A stretch of 43,908 nt of DNA. Source: a virus. Its lineage: Duplodnaviria; Caudoviricetes. Below are positions 8,831 through 17,589 of the stretch, in pieces. Numbering within the stretch: position 1 is the stretch's first letter; each line of letters begins with the position of its first letter. The translations under genes and the position numbers were made by a program. Where the stretch lies: the IMG/VR virus record IMGVR_UViG_3300020599_000180, positions 1 through 43,908 of that record, one strand, 5' to 3'. The notes under the pieces were generated by a model, which did not search any database, was not told the origin of the DNA, and saw only the letters and a list, made by a program, of their open reading frames with translations.

Positions 8831-9565
8831 ATGTCCGTTTTCGTGAGGATCGCCCAGACTGTTGGGGATAGATCAGTCCGTCCGCCGCTCCCGGGCTGGT
8901 GCAAGCCTTGGGTCGACGACGCCGAAGCACCTTCTGCCCCAGCCACGCGCGATCATAGCGCCAGTTGGTCGGGTTATATCCGGTACGTCAATGCTCAAGG
9001 TCAGGAGAGCCAGCGCCGCATCGTATGTCGGCGGATCGAAGGATTCGGACGAGCGGAAACCATCGGTGCATGGTGCTGCGAGAGGAAGGCGCATAAGCGC
9101 TTCCGAGTCGACCGCATTCAGGAACTCGTCTGCCTGCAAACGGGCGAGATACTCGACCCCTTGGCGCATTTCGAAAATCTGCGCCTTCGAGGAGCGCTTA
9201 ATGTCATCGATAAGTCTTTGGCCGACATTGGCCGGATCCTTGTGTTCATGGCAAAATGCGATGGCTATTATCACCCGCTGGAAGTGCAGGGTGTGACCGA
9301 TACGATGGAACGCTATGTCCTCCGCTTCGGTGGAGACGACAACACACTGGAAACAGCCGCGCGCAACGTCGCCAGGCTCGCACCTGACGGGGAAGATTTC
9401 ATCGCAGCGCTGCGCAAAGTCCAACTCCACCCTCAATCATCACAGCTGGCTCGTTTAATCCTCGAAGGTGTCTCCGCTGTAATCGATGCCGATGGACGGT
9501 ACACTGCCGAAGAAATCGAGTGGGCTGAAGTAGTAGTATCAGAGCTAAAGCGGATGGCGGCTTAA
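8831..9565 (+). CDS. WYL-domain / TerB-like fusion protein
   Basis: IRYVNAQGQESQRRI...GAWCCERKAHKRFRVDRI (WYL) then MAKCDG..HPLE and VIDADG..TAEE (TerB-like repeats). Confidence 0.7.
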   Translation: MSVFVRIAQTVGDRSVRPPLPGWCKPWVDDAEAPSAPATRDHSASWSGYIRYVNAQGQESQRRIVCRRIEGFGRAETIGAWCCERKAHKRFRVDRIQELVCLQTGEILDPLAHFENLRLRGALNVIDKSLADIGRILVFMAKCDGYYHPLEVQGVTDTMERYVLRFGGDDNTLETAARNVARLAPDGEDFIAALRKVQLHPQSSQLARLILEGVSAVIDADGRYTAEEIEWAEVVVSELKRMAA

Positions 9566-9747
9566 CCGGCCTCGGCCACGTGGACAAAATCCTGCGGCGA
9601 TGATGGTCTGCTCTTACGGGCTGACAATCGAGCCGGCTGGCTGAAAAGGGGTGTGAAGCGGACATTGGCAGACCGGCTTCTCGGCCTAGGTTGAGCTTGA
9701 CGGCCGTCCTTGAAGCGCATTCCACTTTAGAGAATTGGGGTGAGAAG

Positions 9748-10320
9748 ATGTCAGCCGCCATCCGCGCTTATAGCACTGCGAAAGGATATGTTCAGTCGGC
9801 CTATCTGATCGTGGTGAGCGCTGGTCGCTTCCGAGTACCAAATGATACGACGTTTATCCTTTCGTATCACATGCTGCTCGGCTTCGCCGTAGAGCTGTAC
9901 CTGAAAGCCTATCTGACACATACCGGACACGCCGAGGCTGAACTTCGTCGTCGCGGCGTGAGGCACAACCTAAAGAAGCTGCTTGAGCTCAGTGAAGCTG
10001 ATGGCTTCACTTTACCGACCGTCACGAAGCTGGTGGACTACCTTAACGACCAGCACGACAGCTTTGAGTACCGCTACACGAAACCCGACGGCTCATACTT
10101 CATCCGCTATCAGGCGGATGTATTCGCCGAACTCGACGAGCTAGATGCGTACGTAGACGGCGAGATCGGTGCATCGGCCTCAAAGGGGTCGACCCCGTCA
10201 ACGGGTGGATGGCTGGTGCCGGACGACTATAACGGTTGGCGCATCCCGACAACGGTTGGCGCATCCCGACCAAAGCCATCTGATTCTGACGCCAACCGCT
10301 ACACAGGCGATGGCAGCTAG
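9748..10320 (+). CDS. HEPN-like domain protein
   Basis: GFAVELYLKAYL...RHNLKKL...YRY signature; AT-richer codon use than flanks. Confidence 0.6.
   Translation: MSAAIRAYSTAKGYVQSAYLIVVSAGRFRVPNDTTFILSYHMLLGFAVELYLKAYLTHTGHAEAELRRRGVRHNLKKLLELSEADGFTLPTVTKLVDYLNDQHDSFEYRYTKPDGSYFIRYQADVFAELDELDAYVDGEIGASASKGSTPSTGGWLVPDDYNGWRIPTTVGASRPKPSDSDANRYTGDGS
10231..10270 (+). repeat. Exact 20-bp tandem duplication
   Basis: AACGGTTGGCGCATCCCGAC x2. Confidence 0.95.
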
Positions 10321-10417
10321 GTCGTCGTGTTCTGACGGTCAGCTTTAGTGTGAAAAATCCTCAGAAGCAGACGTTCAACTGGTCAACGAATATGTCCACG
10401 CTACCCAGGAACAGACC

Positions 10418-10888
10418 ATGTCTCCATCCCCAATTACCGTTATCGGCGCAGCTGTCGCCCTTGGTCTGGCCGGAGGATCCCTCTGGTCAACTATCGAACG
10501 GCGGTCAGCAAGCGCGCAACCGGCGCCGGCCACGGCCCCATTGGTGCGCTTCAGCGTTTGTCACACCGGCGGCGGCACGAACTGCGTGGTCGACGGTGAT
10601 ACGATCTGGATGGAGGGCGAGAAGATCCGCATCGCCGATATCGACGCGCCAGAGACCCACCCGCCGCGCTGCTCGCGTGAGGCCGAACTGGGCGAGCGCG
10701 CGACCAGACGCTTGCATGAGTTGGTGAATGCTGGACCATTCGAAGCGCGCATCGTGGGCAATCGCGACACGGATCGCTACGGCAGGAAGCTGCGGGTGTT
10801 GGTGCGCGATGGGCGCTCGCTGGGGGATGTGCTGGTGAGCGAGGGGCTTGCACGGAGCTGGTCGGGGCGGCGGGAGCCATGGTGCTAA
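10418..10888 (+). CDS. Thermonuclease (SNase) family protein with N-terminal membrane anchor/signal
   Basis: VVDGDT, IRIADIDAPE, DRYGRKL, LVSEGLA motifs. Confidence 0.9.
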   Translation: MSPSPITVIGAAVALGLAGGSLWSTIERRSASAQPAPATAPLVRFSVCHTGGGTNCVVDGDTIWMEGEKIRIADIDAPETHPPRCSREAELGERATRRLHELVNAGPFEARIVGNRDTDRYGRKLRVLVRDGRSLGDVLVSEGLARSWSGRREPWC

Positions 10889-10903
10889 GGACCGGTCGCC
10901 TAT

Positions 10904-10954
10904 TTGTATATACGATTAGCCCTTGCATGGCGGGGTTAGATTGTATATACAATC
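10904..10954. promoter_or_regulatory. BrnTA operator/promoter
   Basis: Perfect palindrome GATTGTATATACAATC (10939-10954), imperfect copy TTGTATATACGA (10904-10915), TTGCAT -35 between them. Confidence 0.75.
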
Positions 10955-10957
10955 AGC

Positions 10958-11206
10958 ATGGATATCGAATTTGATCCGGCGAAGGACGCCACCAACATCG
11001 AGAAGCACGGCATTTCCCTCGCCCGCTTCGTGGACATGGACGTGGCCGGCATCGTTGAGGATGATCGGTTCGATGAACCCCGCCTGCGCATCTATGGCGA
11101 GATTGACGGCATCTGGCACTGCGCCGCAGTGACGATCCGCGCCACAGTCTTTCGCGTCATCAGCCTGCGCCGGGCACATGCAAAGGAGATCAGGCGTCAT
11201 GTCTGA
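10958..11206 (+). CDS. brnT: BrnT family toxin
   Basis: EFDPAKDATNIEKHGISL...EPR...RVISLRRAHAKE. Confidence 0.92.
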   Translation: MDIEFDPAKDATNIEKHGISLARFVDMDVAGIVEDDRFDEPRLRIYGEIDGIWHCAAVTIRATVFRVISLRRAHAKEIRRHV

Positions 11207-11450
11207 CAAGCCGGTCAAGTTCGACCATGACAACCCGGAATGGACCGAAGCGGATTTTGCCAAGGCCAAGCCGCTCTCGGCCTATCCAGAGCTGGCGAAC
11301 GCCATGAAGAAGGCGCGCGGCGCGCAGAAGGCGCCCACCAAGAAGGCGGTCTCCATTCGCCTCGATGCCGATCTGGTGGACCGCCTGCGCGCGTCCGGCC
11401 GGGGCTGGCAAAGCCGGGTGAATGATCTGCTGCGGCAGGCGCTCAGCTAA
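11199..11450 (+). CDS. brnA: BrnA antitoxin
   Basis: DNPEWTEADF...RGAQKAPTKKAVSIRLDADLV..LRASGRGWQSRVN. Confidence 0.92.
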   Translation: MSDKPVKFDHDNPEWTEADFAKAKPLSAYPELANAMKKARGAQKAPTKKAVSIRLDADLVDRLRASGRGWQSRVNDLLRQALS

Positions 11451-12477
11451 GCCAGCGCTTCCAGCTCCAGATCCGTCCTGAGCGCTCCCGCCCATCCATG
11501 CTGTGGCGCACGCTCTCGACGATCCAGCGCCGGCCGTCGATTTCCTCCTTGAACCCGCTCAATGTGACCGGGATCTCCGGGAAGATGTCGGGCCGGCCGA
11601 GCGCCAGGGCGATGCTGGCGGTGGCGACGCGGCGGCTCATACGGCTGCTCTCGGCCTCGGCAGCCTGCCGGGCATCGGCCTCGCTCGCATAGACCTTGCG
11701 CAGGCGCTTGGCCTTTCCGCGCCCCTGCCCTCCTCCGCTGCCGCCGTGCTTGACCGTATGCCGCTTGGCGGCGGCCTTATCATGCCACACGGCCGTGACG
11801 CCGTCATAGGCGTTGCGCGAGACGCGGGCGTAACGGATCTGGCCGCTCGTCTCCTGGCGCGCAATCTCCACCGTGGGGAGGGTTTGACCGCCGGCCGAGC
11901 GGCCCTTGCCTATGGGCGCGAAGATCAGCGTGCCGGCCTTGACCGTGCTCACAGCATCGAACCGCCGGCCCAGCGCGGCGAGCAGCGCGGCATCACTCTT
12001 GGCGCCATGGCCGAGCGCGGGAATCGTCCGTGCGCCCAGCGCCGCATCGATGGTGGCGGCGAGACCATTATCGGCCGCGATGGCGCCCACGATCTCCTTG
12101 ACCGTCTTGCCGACGAAGCCCCGCTCGCGGCGCACGCGAAAGGCATCTGTGAAGTCGGCCGAGCGCGCGCGGATCGTGATCTGGTCGGGCGGGCCGGAGA
12201 ATTCCGCTTCGTCCACCTTGAACGTGCCCATGTCGATCAGCCCCAGCGGCAGGCCACTCCCCCGCGCCCAGCCCATCCGGACGCGTAGCAGAGCGCCCTC
12301 TGGCGGAATGACCAGCTTGCCGTCGAGATCATTGAGGACGATGTCGAGCTGATCGCAGGCCTCCGAGCGCTTCTCGGCAATGGTGAGCGAAGACAGCAGC
12401 GGATCCATGACGGCAGTCAGGTCGCGCCCATCGAGCGTCACTTCCCAAGCCGCCGCCGGCAGCACGAAACCGCTCAC
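11443..12477 (-). CDS. gpD: P2 gpD-like late control/baseplate hub protein (C-terminus apparently frameshifted)
   Basis: DQLDIVLND, MGTFKVDE..FSGPPD.ITIRARSAD, SDAALLAALGRRFDA; position after gpU. Confidence 0.88.
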   Translation of the reverse strand: MSGFVLPAAAWEVTLDGRDLTAVMDPLLSSLTIAEKRSEACDQLDIVLNDLDGKLVIPPEGALLRVRMGWARGSGLPLGLIDMGTFKVDEAEFSGPPDQITIRARSADFTDAFRVRRERGFVGKTVKEIVGAIAADNGLAATIDAALGARTIPALGHGAKSDAALLAALGRRFDAVSTVKAGTLIFAPIGKGRSAGGQTLPTVEIARQETSGQIRYARVSRNAYDGVTAVWHDKAAAKRHTVKHGGSGGGQGRGKAKRLRKVYASEADARQAAEAESSRMSRRVATASIALALGRPDIFPEIPVTLSGFKEEIDGRRWIVESVRHSMDGRERSGRIWSWKRWLS

Positions 12478-12848
12478 GCCACGCGCTCCAACTCAAGCGT
12501 GAAGTCCGATTTGCGCGGGAAGCCATCGACCAGGAATACATCGGCCGAGCGCTCCAGCCTCGTGATGACGAACTGGCCCAGCACTTCCCCCTGCCCGCTC
12601 ACCAGCGCATAGGCTTCGCCGGCGTCGGCCAACTCGCGAATGCGATCAAAGCTGCTGTAGGAGCCCGCGACGCCGGGATAGAGCGCGCCGGCCAGGCTCA
12701 GCGTCTCATCGCCCGGCCCGGTATATTGAGCCGCCGCGCGCGCCCCGAATCGCTCCGCCTTGGCATAACGCCAAGTCCAGCTCTGGCGCAGCTGCTGATA
12801 GGGCAGCGTGCCGATCTCGAAGAGGAAGCTGTCCAGCGACATCATCAT
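12474..12848 (-). CDS. gpU: P2 gpU tail protein
   Basis: MMSLDSFLF..TLPYQQL...QYTGPGDETLSLAG...FTLELER. Confidence 0.9.
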   Translation of the reverse strand: MMMSLDSFLFEIGTLPYQQLRQSWTWRYAKAERFGARAAAQYTGPGDETLSLAGALYPGVAGSYSSFDRIRELADAGEAYALVSGQGEVLGQFVITRLERSADVFLVDGFPRKSDFTLELERVA

Positions 12849-12854
12849 GGGCGC

Positions 12855-15032
12855 TCACTCCTCATCATCGCGAAACTCGCTGCGACGGGACGCGCTGCCC
12901 CGCCCCTCGCGCTCGCGCAGGATGCGCTCAACCTCGGCCGCGATGTCCTGGGCACTCTGCCCCGGCTGCGCGTAGATGTTGAAGGTGATCGGGCCGAACG
13001 ACATTGCGGCGCCCGGCCGCCCGGCGCCTGTGCCAGAACGTGGCGCGTCATCGAGGCGCGGAGCGGACATCACGCGGTCGGCCATGGTCTGCGCCGCCTG
13101 AGCCGGCGCCGCCTGGGCCTGCGCGATTCCCAGCGCGAGCCCGCCAGCGATATGGCGGCCATAATCCATGAAGACGCGGCTCGGAGAGTGGATCCCGAGC
13201 TTATCCTTGAACCAGTTCGACACGCTACTGCCGATGGCGCTGATCTTGTCCTTTAGCGCGTTCCAGCGCGCGGACAGGCCGCCCAGGAGCCCGTCGATGA
13301 TTGCCCGGCCGGCCGCCATGAACTGACCCGGCAGGCCGCGCACGAAGGCAAGGCCGGCCGCGAATATCCCCTTGATCTTGTCCCAATGCTTCCAGATCAG
13401 ATAGCCGGCGACGCCCAGCGCCGCGACGATCGCCACGATCGCGGCCACGACCGGGTTGGCGAGCATCATGGCGCCTGCCTGCAGCACACCGCGCGCGAGG
13501 AAGAGAGCGGCCGTGCGGACTCCCCCGAGAACGGTCATCAAGGCCGGGCCATGTTTGAGCACCAGCTTGAACCCGTTGCCGAGCAGAACCAGCGACGATC
13601 CGAACACAAACTGCAACGCCCCCAAGCCAATCCGAAATGCGGCGAAGGCGGCGACGATCTGTAATAGGGTTTTCGCCGTTTCGGGGTTTGCGCGGGCCCA
13701 GGCGGCGACCGCATTTACGATGCTCGTGATCCATTTGACCCCGTCTGTCAGCATCGGCAGCAGGTGGGTGCCGGCCGTCAGGGTGAGACCTTGCAGCGCC
13801 GTCTGCATTCGCTGGAAATTTGCGGCGGAAGTCTCGCTCATCCGGTTGAACTCTTTCTCGGTCAACCCGACGGCGGCGAGTGCTTCGGCCTTGATCTCCT
13901 GATAGCGCTTAGCGCTGTCGATCAGCGCCAGCGCGCCCTTCCCGGCCTGCTGGTCACTGATGAGCTGCGGGATCTTACTGGTGTCGCCCTTCGTCGCTTT
14001 GTTGATGAGGTCGATCAACGTCTGGATGGGACTGGCGCCTTCCTTTTCGGCCTTCTTCAGGGCGGCGGAGATGTCCACCCCGAACTTCTTGAAATTCTGG
14101 ATGCCGCGATTGGTTTTCGCGAAGGTGAGCAGATTGCTGAGGTTGGTGGCCGCCTCGGCGCCATCACCGGTTTTCGCTTCCAGCACCTGCAGGGCGGCGG
14201 ACAGATCGGCCACTGCGCCCACACCCTTGGCGCCGAAGGTGGCCATGTTCGCGGTCAGGCCCGGGAAATACTGCGCCATATCCTTGACCTCGAAGCCGCC
14301 GGCATTGCCTGCCGCCGCCATAATTTCCAGGCTGCGCTCGGTTTCCTTGAGTGGCACATGTAGCGAGAGGAATCCCGCATAGGCCGCCTTGCTCGCATCC
14401 ACCACGTCAGCATCCCATGCGGTCGCGAACTTGCCGATCGCAGGTAGCATCGCGTCGATATTCGCGACAGACACGCCCTTGCCACCCAGAAAATCGACGG
14501 CATCGAGGAGCGATCCGCTGCTCTGCGCGGTGTCAGAAGCCACGGCGAGAATCCGCTGGCCGAACTTCTCCGTTGTCGTGGCGGACAGATCGGACTTCTG
14601 GGCAATGAGCGCGAGCCGCTTTTCATAGTCCATCGCTGCCTTGCCGGCGAACAGCAGGGGCGCTGCCATCGCCGCGCCCATCATCATGTTGTGCTGGCCA
14701 GCCCCCTTGAGCGATTCGCCGCGGGCGATCATCTGGTCAGCCGACGCCAGGCGCTTGAGCAGCCGCTCCTGCTTTTCCATTTCCGCGTTGGCGCGCGCGA
14801 GCTGTTGCTGCAGTTCCGCCTCCCGGGCCGCGAGCTGGCCGACATCCGCGCCGGCCGTGCCCATTTCCCTCTGGACGCCCTTCAGCTCGCGCTCCAGATC
14901 CCGAACCTCGCGCTTCATGCCGGCGAAACGCTCGCGCCCGCTCTGCGCCAGGCCGACGATGTTCTTGAGTGGCCCGGTCAGCTTGTCGTTGGTGGCGAAG
15001 CTGACGATCAGCCTGAGCGCTTTATCCGACAT
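12855..15032 (-). CDS. gpT: Tail tape measure protein
   Basis: 725-aa helical protein, GGFEVKDMAQYFP, LGIHSPSRVF. Confidence 0.92.
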   Translation of the reverse strand: MSDKALRLIVSFATNDKLTGPLKNIVGLAQSGRERFAGMKREVRDLERELKGVQREMGTAGADVGQLAAREAELQQQLARANAEMEKQERLLKRLASADQMIARGESLKGAGQHNMMMGAAMAAPLLFAGKAAMDYEKRLALIAQKSDLSATTTEKFGQRILAVASDTAQSSGSLLDAVDFLGGKGVSVANIDAMLPAIGKFATAWDADVVDASKAAYAGFLSLHVPLKETERSLEIMAAAGNAGGFEVKDMAQYFPGLTANMATFGAKGVGAVADLSAALQVLEAKTGDGAEAATNLSNLLTFAKTNRGIQNFKKFGVDISAALKKAEKEGASPIQTLIDLINKATKGDTSKIPQLISDQQAGKGALALIDSAKRYQEIKAEALAAVGLTEKEFNRMSETSAANFQRMQTALQGLTLTAGTHLLPMLTDGVKWITSIVNAVAAWARANPETAKTLLQIVAAFAAFRIGLGALQFVFGSSLVLLGNGFKLVLKHGPALMTVLGGVRTAALFLARGVLQAGAMMLANPVVAAIVAIVAALGVAGYLIWKHWDKIKGIFAAGLAFVRGLPGQFMAAGRAIIDGLLGGLSARWNALKDKISAIGSSVSNWFKDKLGIHSPSRVFMDYGRHIAGGLALGIAQAQAAPAQAAQTMADRVMSAPRLDDAPRSGTGAGRPGAAMSFGPITFNIYAQPGQSAQDIAAEVERILREREGRGSASRRSEFRDDEE

Positions 15033-15035
15033 GCA

Positions 15036-15227
15036 TCAGCCCCTGTTCATCCGTTTCCAGCAATTCACAGCCAGCCCGTGCCAGCGTAGCAGATCCGAGA
15101 CGTCCATCGCCGCCAGCTCCGACAGCGGCCAATGGAAGACGGCGGCAATGTCCGCGATCAGTTGATCGAGATCTGTGGCGTCGCCTGAAGCTCCAGCGCC
15201 GCCCTCTCCGTCTCCGTCAGAAAAAAA
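15036..15227 (-). CDS. gpE' extension of tail chaperone, made by -1 frameshift
   Basis: T7 run (15221-15227) leads into an open -1 frame ending LIADIAAVFHWPLSELAAMDVSDLLRWHGLAVNCWKRMNRG. Confidence 0.85.
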   Translation of the reverse strand, partial: FFSDGDGEGGAGASGDATDLDQLIADIAAVFHWPLSELAAMDVSDLLRWHGLAVNCWKRMNRG

Positions 15228-15490
15228 CCGACAATCTCCCCCGCGACGACGATGAGATTTTCCGGTTCCAGCATCGACGCCTCCTGCTGGGTGAGCGGCG
15301 GTTCGCTGATCCGGGGCAGCACAGTGAGAATGGAGCCGATGTCGCTGGAGAGGAGGTTGGAGAGCGTCACGCCCCGCAGCTCGCCAGCGTGCGGCTTACG
15401 CAGGACGAGAGTGGCGATTTCGGTCTCGCCGCGCTTGATCGCCATCGGCAGATCGACGGTTTTGGTTGGCCGGACATTGGCGTCAGACAT
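15158..15490 (-). CDS. gpE: Tail assembly chaperone gpE
   Basis: LRKPHAGELRGVTL...VLPRISEPPLT...VGFF. Confidence 0.9.
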   Translation of the reverse strand: MSDANVRPTKTVDLPMAIKRGETEIATLVLRKPHAGELRGVTLSNLLSSDIGSILTVLPRISEPPLTQQEASMLEPENLIVVAGEIVGFFLTETERAALELQATPQISIN

Positions 15491-15563
15491 GCGGATATCC
15501 TCTGTGCGGATGGGTCAGTCCCCGCCCCGGCGCGTCCGCATCTGCACGCCGGGGCGAAGAGGG

Positions 15564-16079
15564 TCAGATGCCGAGGATGGCGCGCAGCTCGGCGTTGCGG
15601 TCCACCCCGCCGGTGCGGAACACCATGTTGGGCACGTCGATGTAGACCAGCTCGCGCCCGTCGACGGTGAGCTGGTAGAAGCTGGCGAGGAAGGTCTTGC
15701 CGCCGTCGCCCCTTTCGCCGGGCTTCTGGGTGCCTTCCTCAAGCTTGGAGTGGCGGCCGCGCGCGGTGATCTCCACCGCCTTGTACTGGCCCGTGCCATC
15801 ATCCTGAAAGGCGCCGACCCAGCGGATCATCTCCGCGTCGTGGGTGGCGGCGCCGAAATTCTCGTAGGCGGCCTCGTGAAAGCCGCCCATCTTGTATTCG
15901 ATGGTGATCGGCTCGTCGGCCTCGCCCATGTCGATCGCGATCGTGCCGGTCATCCCGCCACCGCGATAGTTCTCCATCTTGCGCTCCAGCGGCGGCAGCG
16001 TGACTTCCGCCACGACGCCGGCGAGCGAGAGACCGTTGTGGAACATATTCATGTTCTTGAGGATTACGGGGAGCGGCAT
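15564..16079 (-). CDS. gpFII: Major tail tube protein FII
   Basis: LKNMNMF, TLPPLERKMENYRGGGM, GGVDR..ELRAILGI. Confidence 0.93.
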   Translation of the reverse strand: MPLPVILKNMNMFHNGLSLAGVVAEVTLPPLERKMENYRGGGMTGTIAIDMGEADEPITIEYKMGGFHEAAYENFGAATHDAEMIRWVGAFQDDGTGQYKAVEITARGRHSKLEEGTQKPGERGDGGKTFLASFYQLTVDGRELVYIDVPNMVFRTGGVDRNAELRAILGI

Positions 16080-16114
16080 GGGTCAGTCCTTTCTGGCGCG
16101 CTGTGCGGCGCCGA

Positions 16115-17233
16115 TCAGCGCAGCTGGTCGGCGATGGAGGCGTAGAAGCGATCGGTGATGCGCTGGTTGAGGAGGATGGCCTCGGCCGGCGCAACGGCTG
16201 TGTAGGCATAGTCGATGCTGATCGTTCCGGCGGCCAGGGCCTCGGGCGGATTGACAGCAGGATCGAACCAGCAACTCGCGCCGACGATCCGGCCCTGCGA
16301 TTGCAGCGCGCGGAAACGCGCGTTGACCGTGCCGACAATGTCCTTGACCAGCGCGCCGGAGATGGGCTTGTCGATGGTCCACACGAGCCCGGCCGCGATC
16401 TCATCCTGCAGCACCTGCGCGGTGCGCGCCACGCTCTCGAACGCGAAGAGCGGCTCATCCGAACAGGTGCGGTTGCCCCAGAAGCGGAAGCCGTTCTGCC
16501 GGATGATCGTCGTGATTCCCGCGTCGTTGAGGAGCGATGCCGTCGAAGCCCCTCCGAGCAGATCGAAATCGACCAGCGGGGCAATGCCGGTGACTCCGTT
16601 CACGGCCACGTTGGAGAGCGTCTTGTGCCAACCCGTCTCCTGATCGATGCGCGCGCGCAGCCCCATGGCGCGCGCTACCGCGCTGCCCTGCCAGTCGGTG
16701 AAGTCCGACCACAGCAGCATCAACTCACGCGCGGCAAAGCTGCCACGATAGAGGATCGCCGCCGGTGCATCCTCGCCGATTGCCGCCGCATAGGCGAAGG
16801 CGCGCAGCTTCTGCGCCACCGACACAAGCTTGGCGGCGACCGGCTGCGTATCAAGACCAGGCGCGCCCAGAATGCGCGGGCGCACGCCCAGCGCGGCCTC
16901 GGCCGTAACCAGCGCATCGATGCCGGCGAGAATATTGGCCTCGGTCTCCTCTTCGGCCTCCTCACCGGCTCCCTCCGCCACGCGCACCACCACGACAACG
17001 GGGCTGGATTGGTCAGCGATGGCCGAGAGCGCGAGCGCCAGCGTGCCTTCGTCGCCGGCCTTGGCAATGGCGGCGCTGAGGTCCGTCACCAGCACCGGCT
17101 CGCCTGCGGGGAAAGCCTCCGCATCCGCGTCGGACGCAATGGCAATGAGACCGATGACGGCGGTGGAGGCGGCGAGGATCGCTCGCGCGCCGGTATTGAC
17201 CTCAGTGACCTTGATGCCGTGGATGATCGCCAT
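16115..17233 (-). CDS. gpFI: Tail sheath protein FI
   Basis: RPRILGAPGLD, GWHKTLSN, GFRFWGNRTCSDEPLFAFE. Confidence 0.95.
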   Translation of the reverse strand: MAIIHGIKVTEVNTGARAILAASTAVIGLIAIASDADAEAFPAGEPVLVTDLSAAIAKAGDEGTLALALSAIADQSSPVVVVVRVAEGAGEEAEEETEANILAGIDALVTAEAALGVRPRILGAPGLDTQPVAAKLVSVAQKLRAFAYAAAIGEDAPAAILYRGSFAARELMLLWSDFTDWQGSAVARAMGLRARIDQETGWHKTLSNVAVNGVTGIAPLVDFDLLGGASTASLLNDAGITTIIRQNGFRFWGNRTCSDEPLFAFESVARTAQVLQDEIAAGLVWTIDKPISGALVKDIVGTVNARFRALQSQGRIVGASCWFDPAVNPPEALAAGTISIDYAYTAVAPAEAILLNQRITDRFYASIADQLR

Positions 17234-17247
17234 GGCCGATTCCTTTC

Positions 17248-17589
17248 CTAGAGCGCGATGGTGCGATTGAGCGGCGGTTGACCGGGCAGGTCCGTGCGCA
17301 CCGCCTCAATGGTGAGGGCGAGCGCACCGTCCGCGCCGCCGGCGCCGACCTGGACACGCGAGAGGCGCACGCGGGGCTCCCAGCGCGCGATGGCGCCGGC
17401 GCTGGCGGCAGCGATGAGCTGACGCGTCACGGCGTTGAGCGGGGCATCGATCAGCTCGAAGAGACGGGAGCCGTAATGGCGCAGCATGGTGCGTGTGCCG
17501 ATCGGCGTCGACAGGATGTCGCGGATCGACTGCGCGATGTGCGCCGCGCCCTCGATGTGCTTGCCGGTGAGGCGATCCATCCCGCTCAT
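17248..17589 (-). CDS. gpW: Baseplate gpW/gp25
   Basis: HIAQSIRDILSTPIGTR..RHYGS...WEPR. Confidence 0.93.
   Translation of the reverse strand: MSGMDRLTGKHIEGAAHIAQSIRDILSTPIGTRTMLRHYGSRLFELIDAPLNAVTRQLIAAASAGAIARWEPRVRLSRVQVGAGGADGALALTIEAVRTDLPGQPPLNRTIAL

Noticed and set aside
15523-15556. GC hairpins between FII/E, M/L (about 34786-34807) and N/M
   Set aside because: Ordinary intergenic stem-loops in late operons; no evidence of independent RNAs
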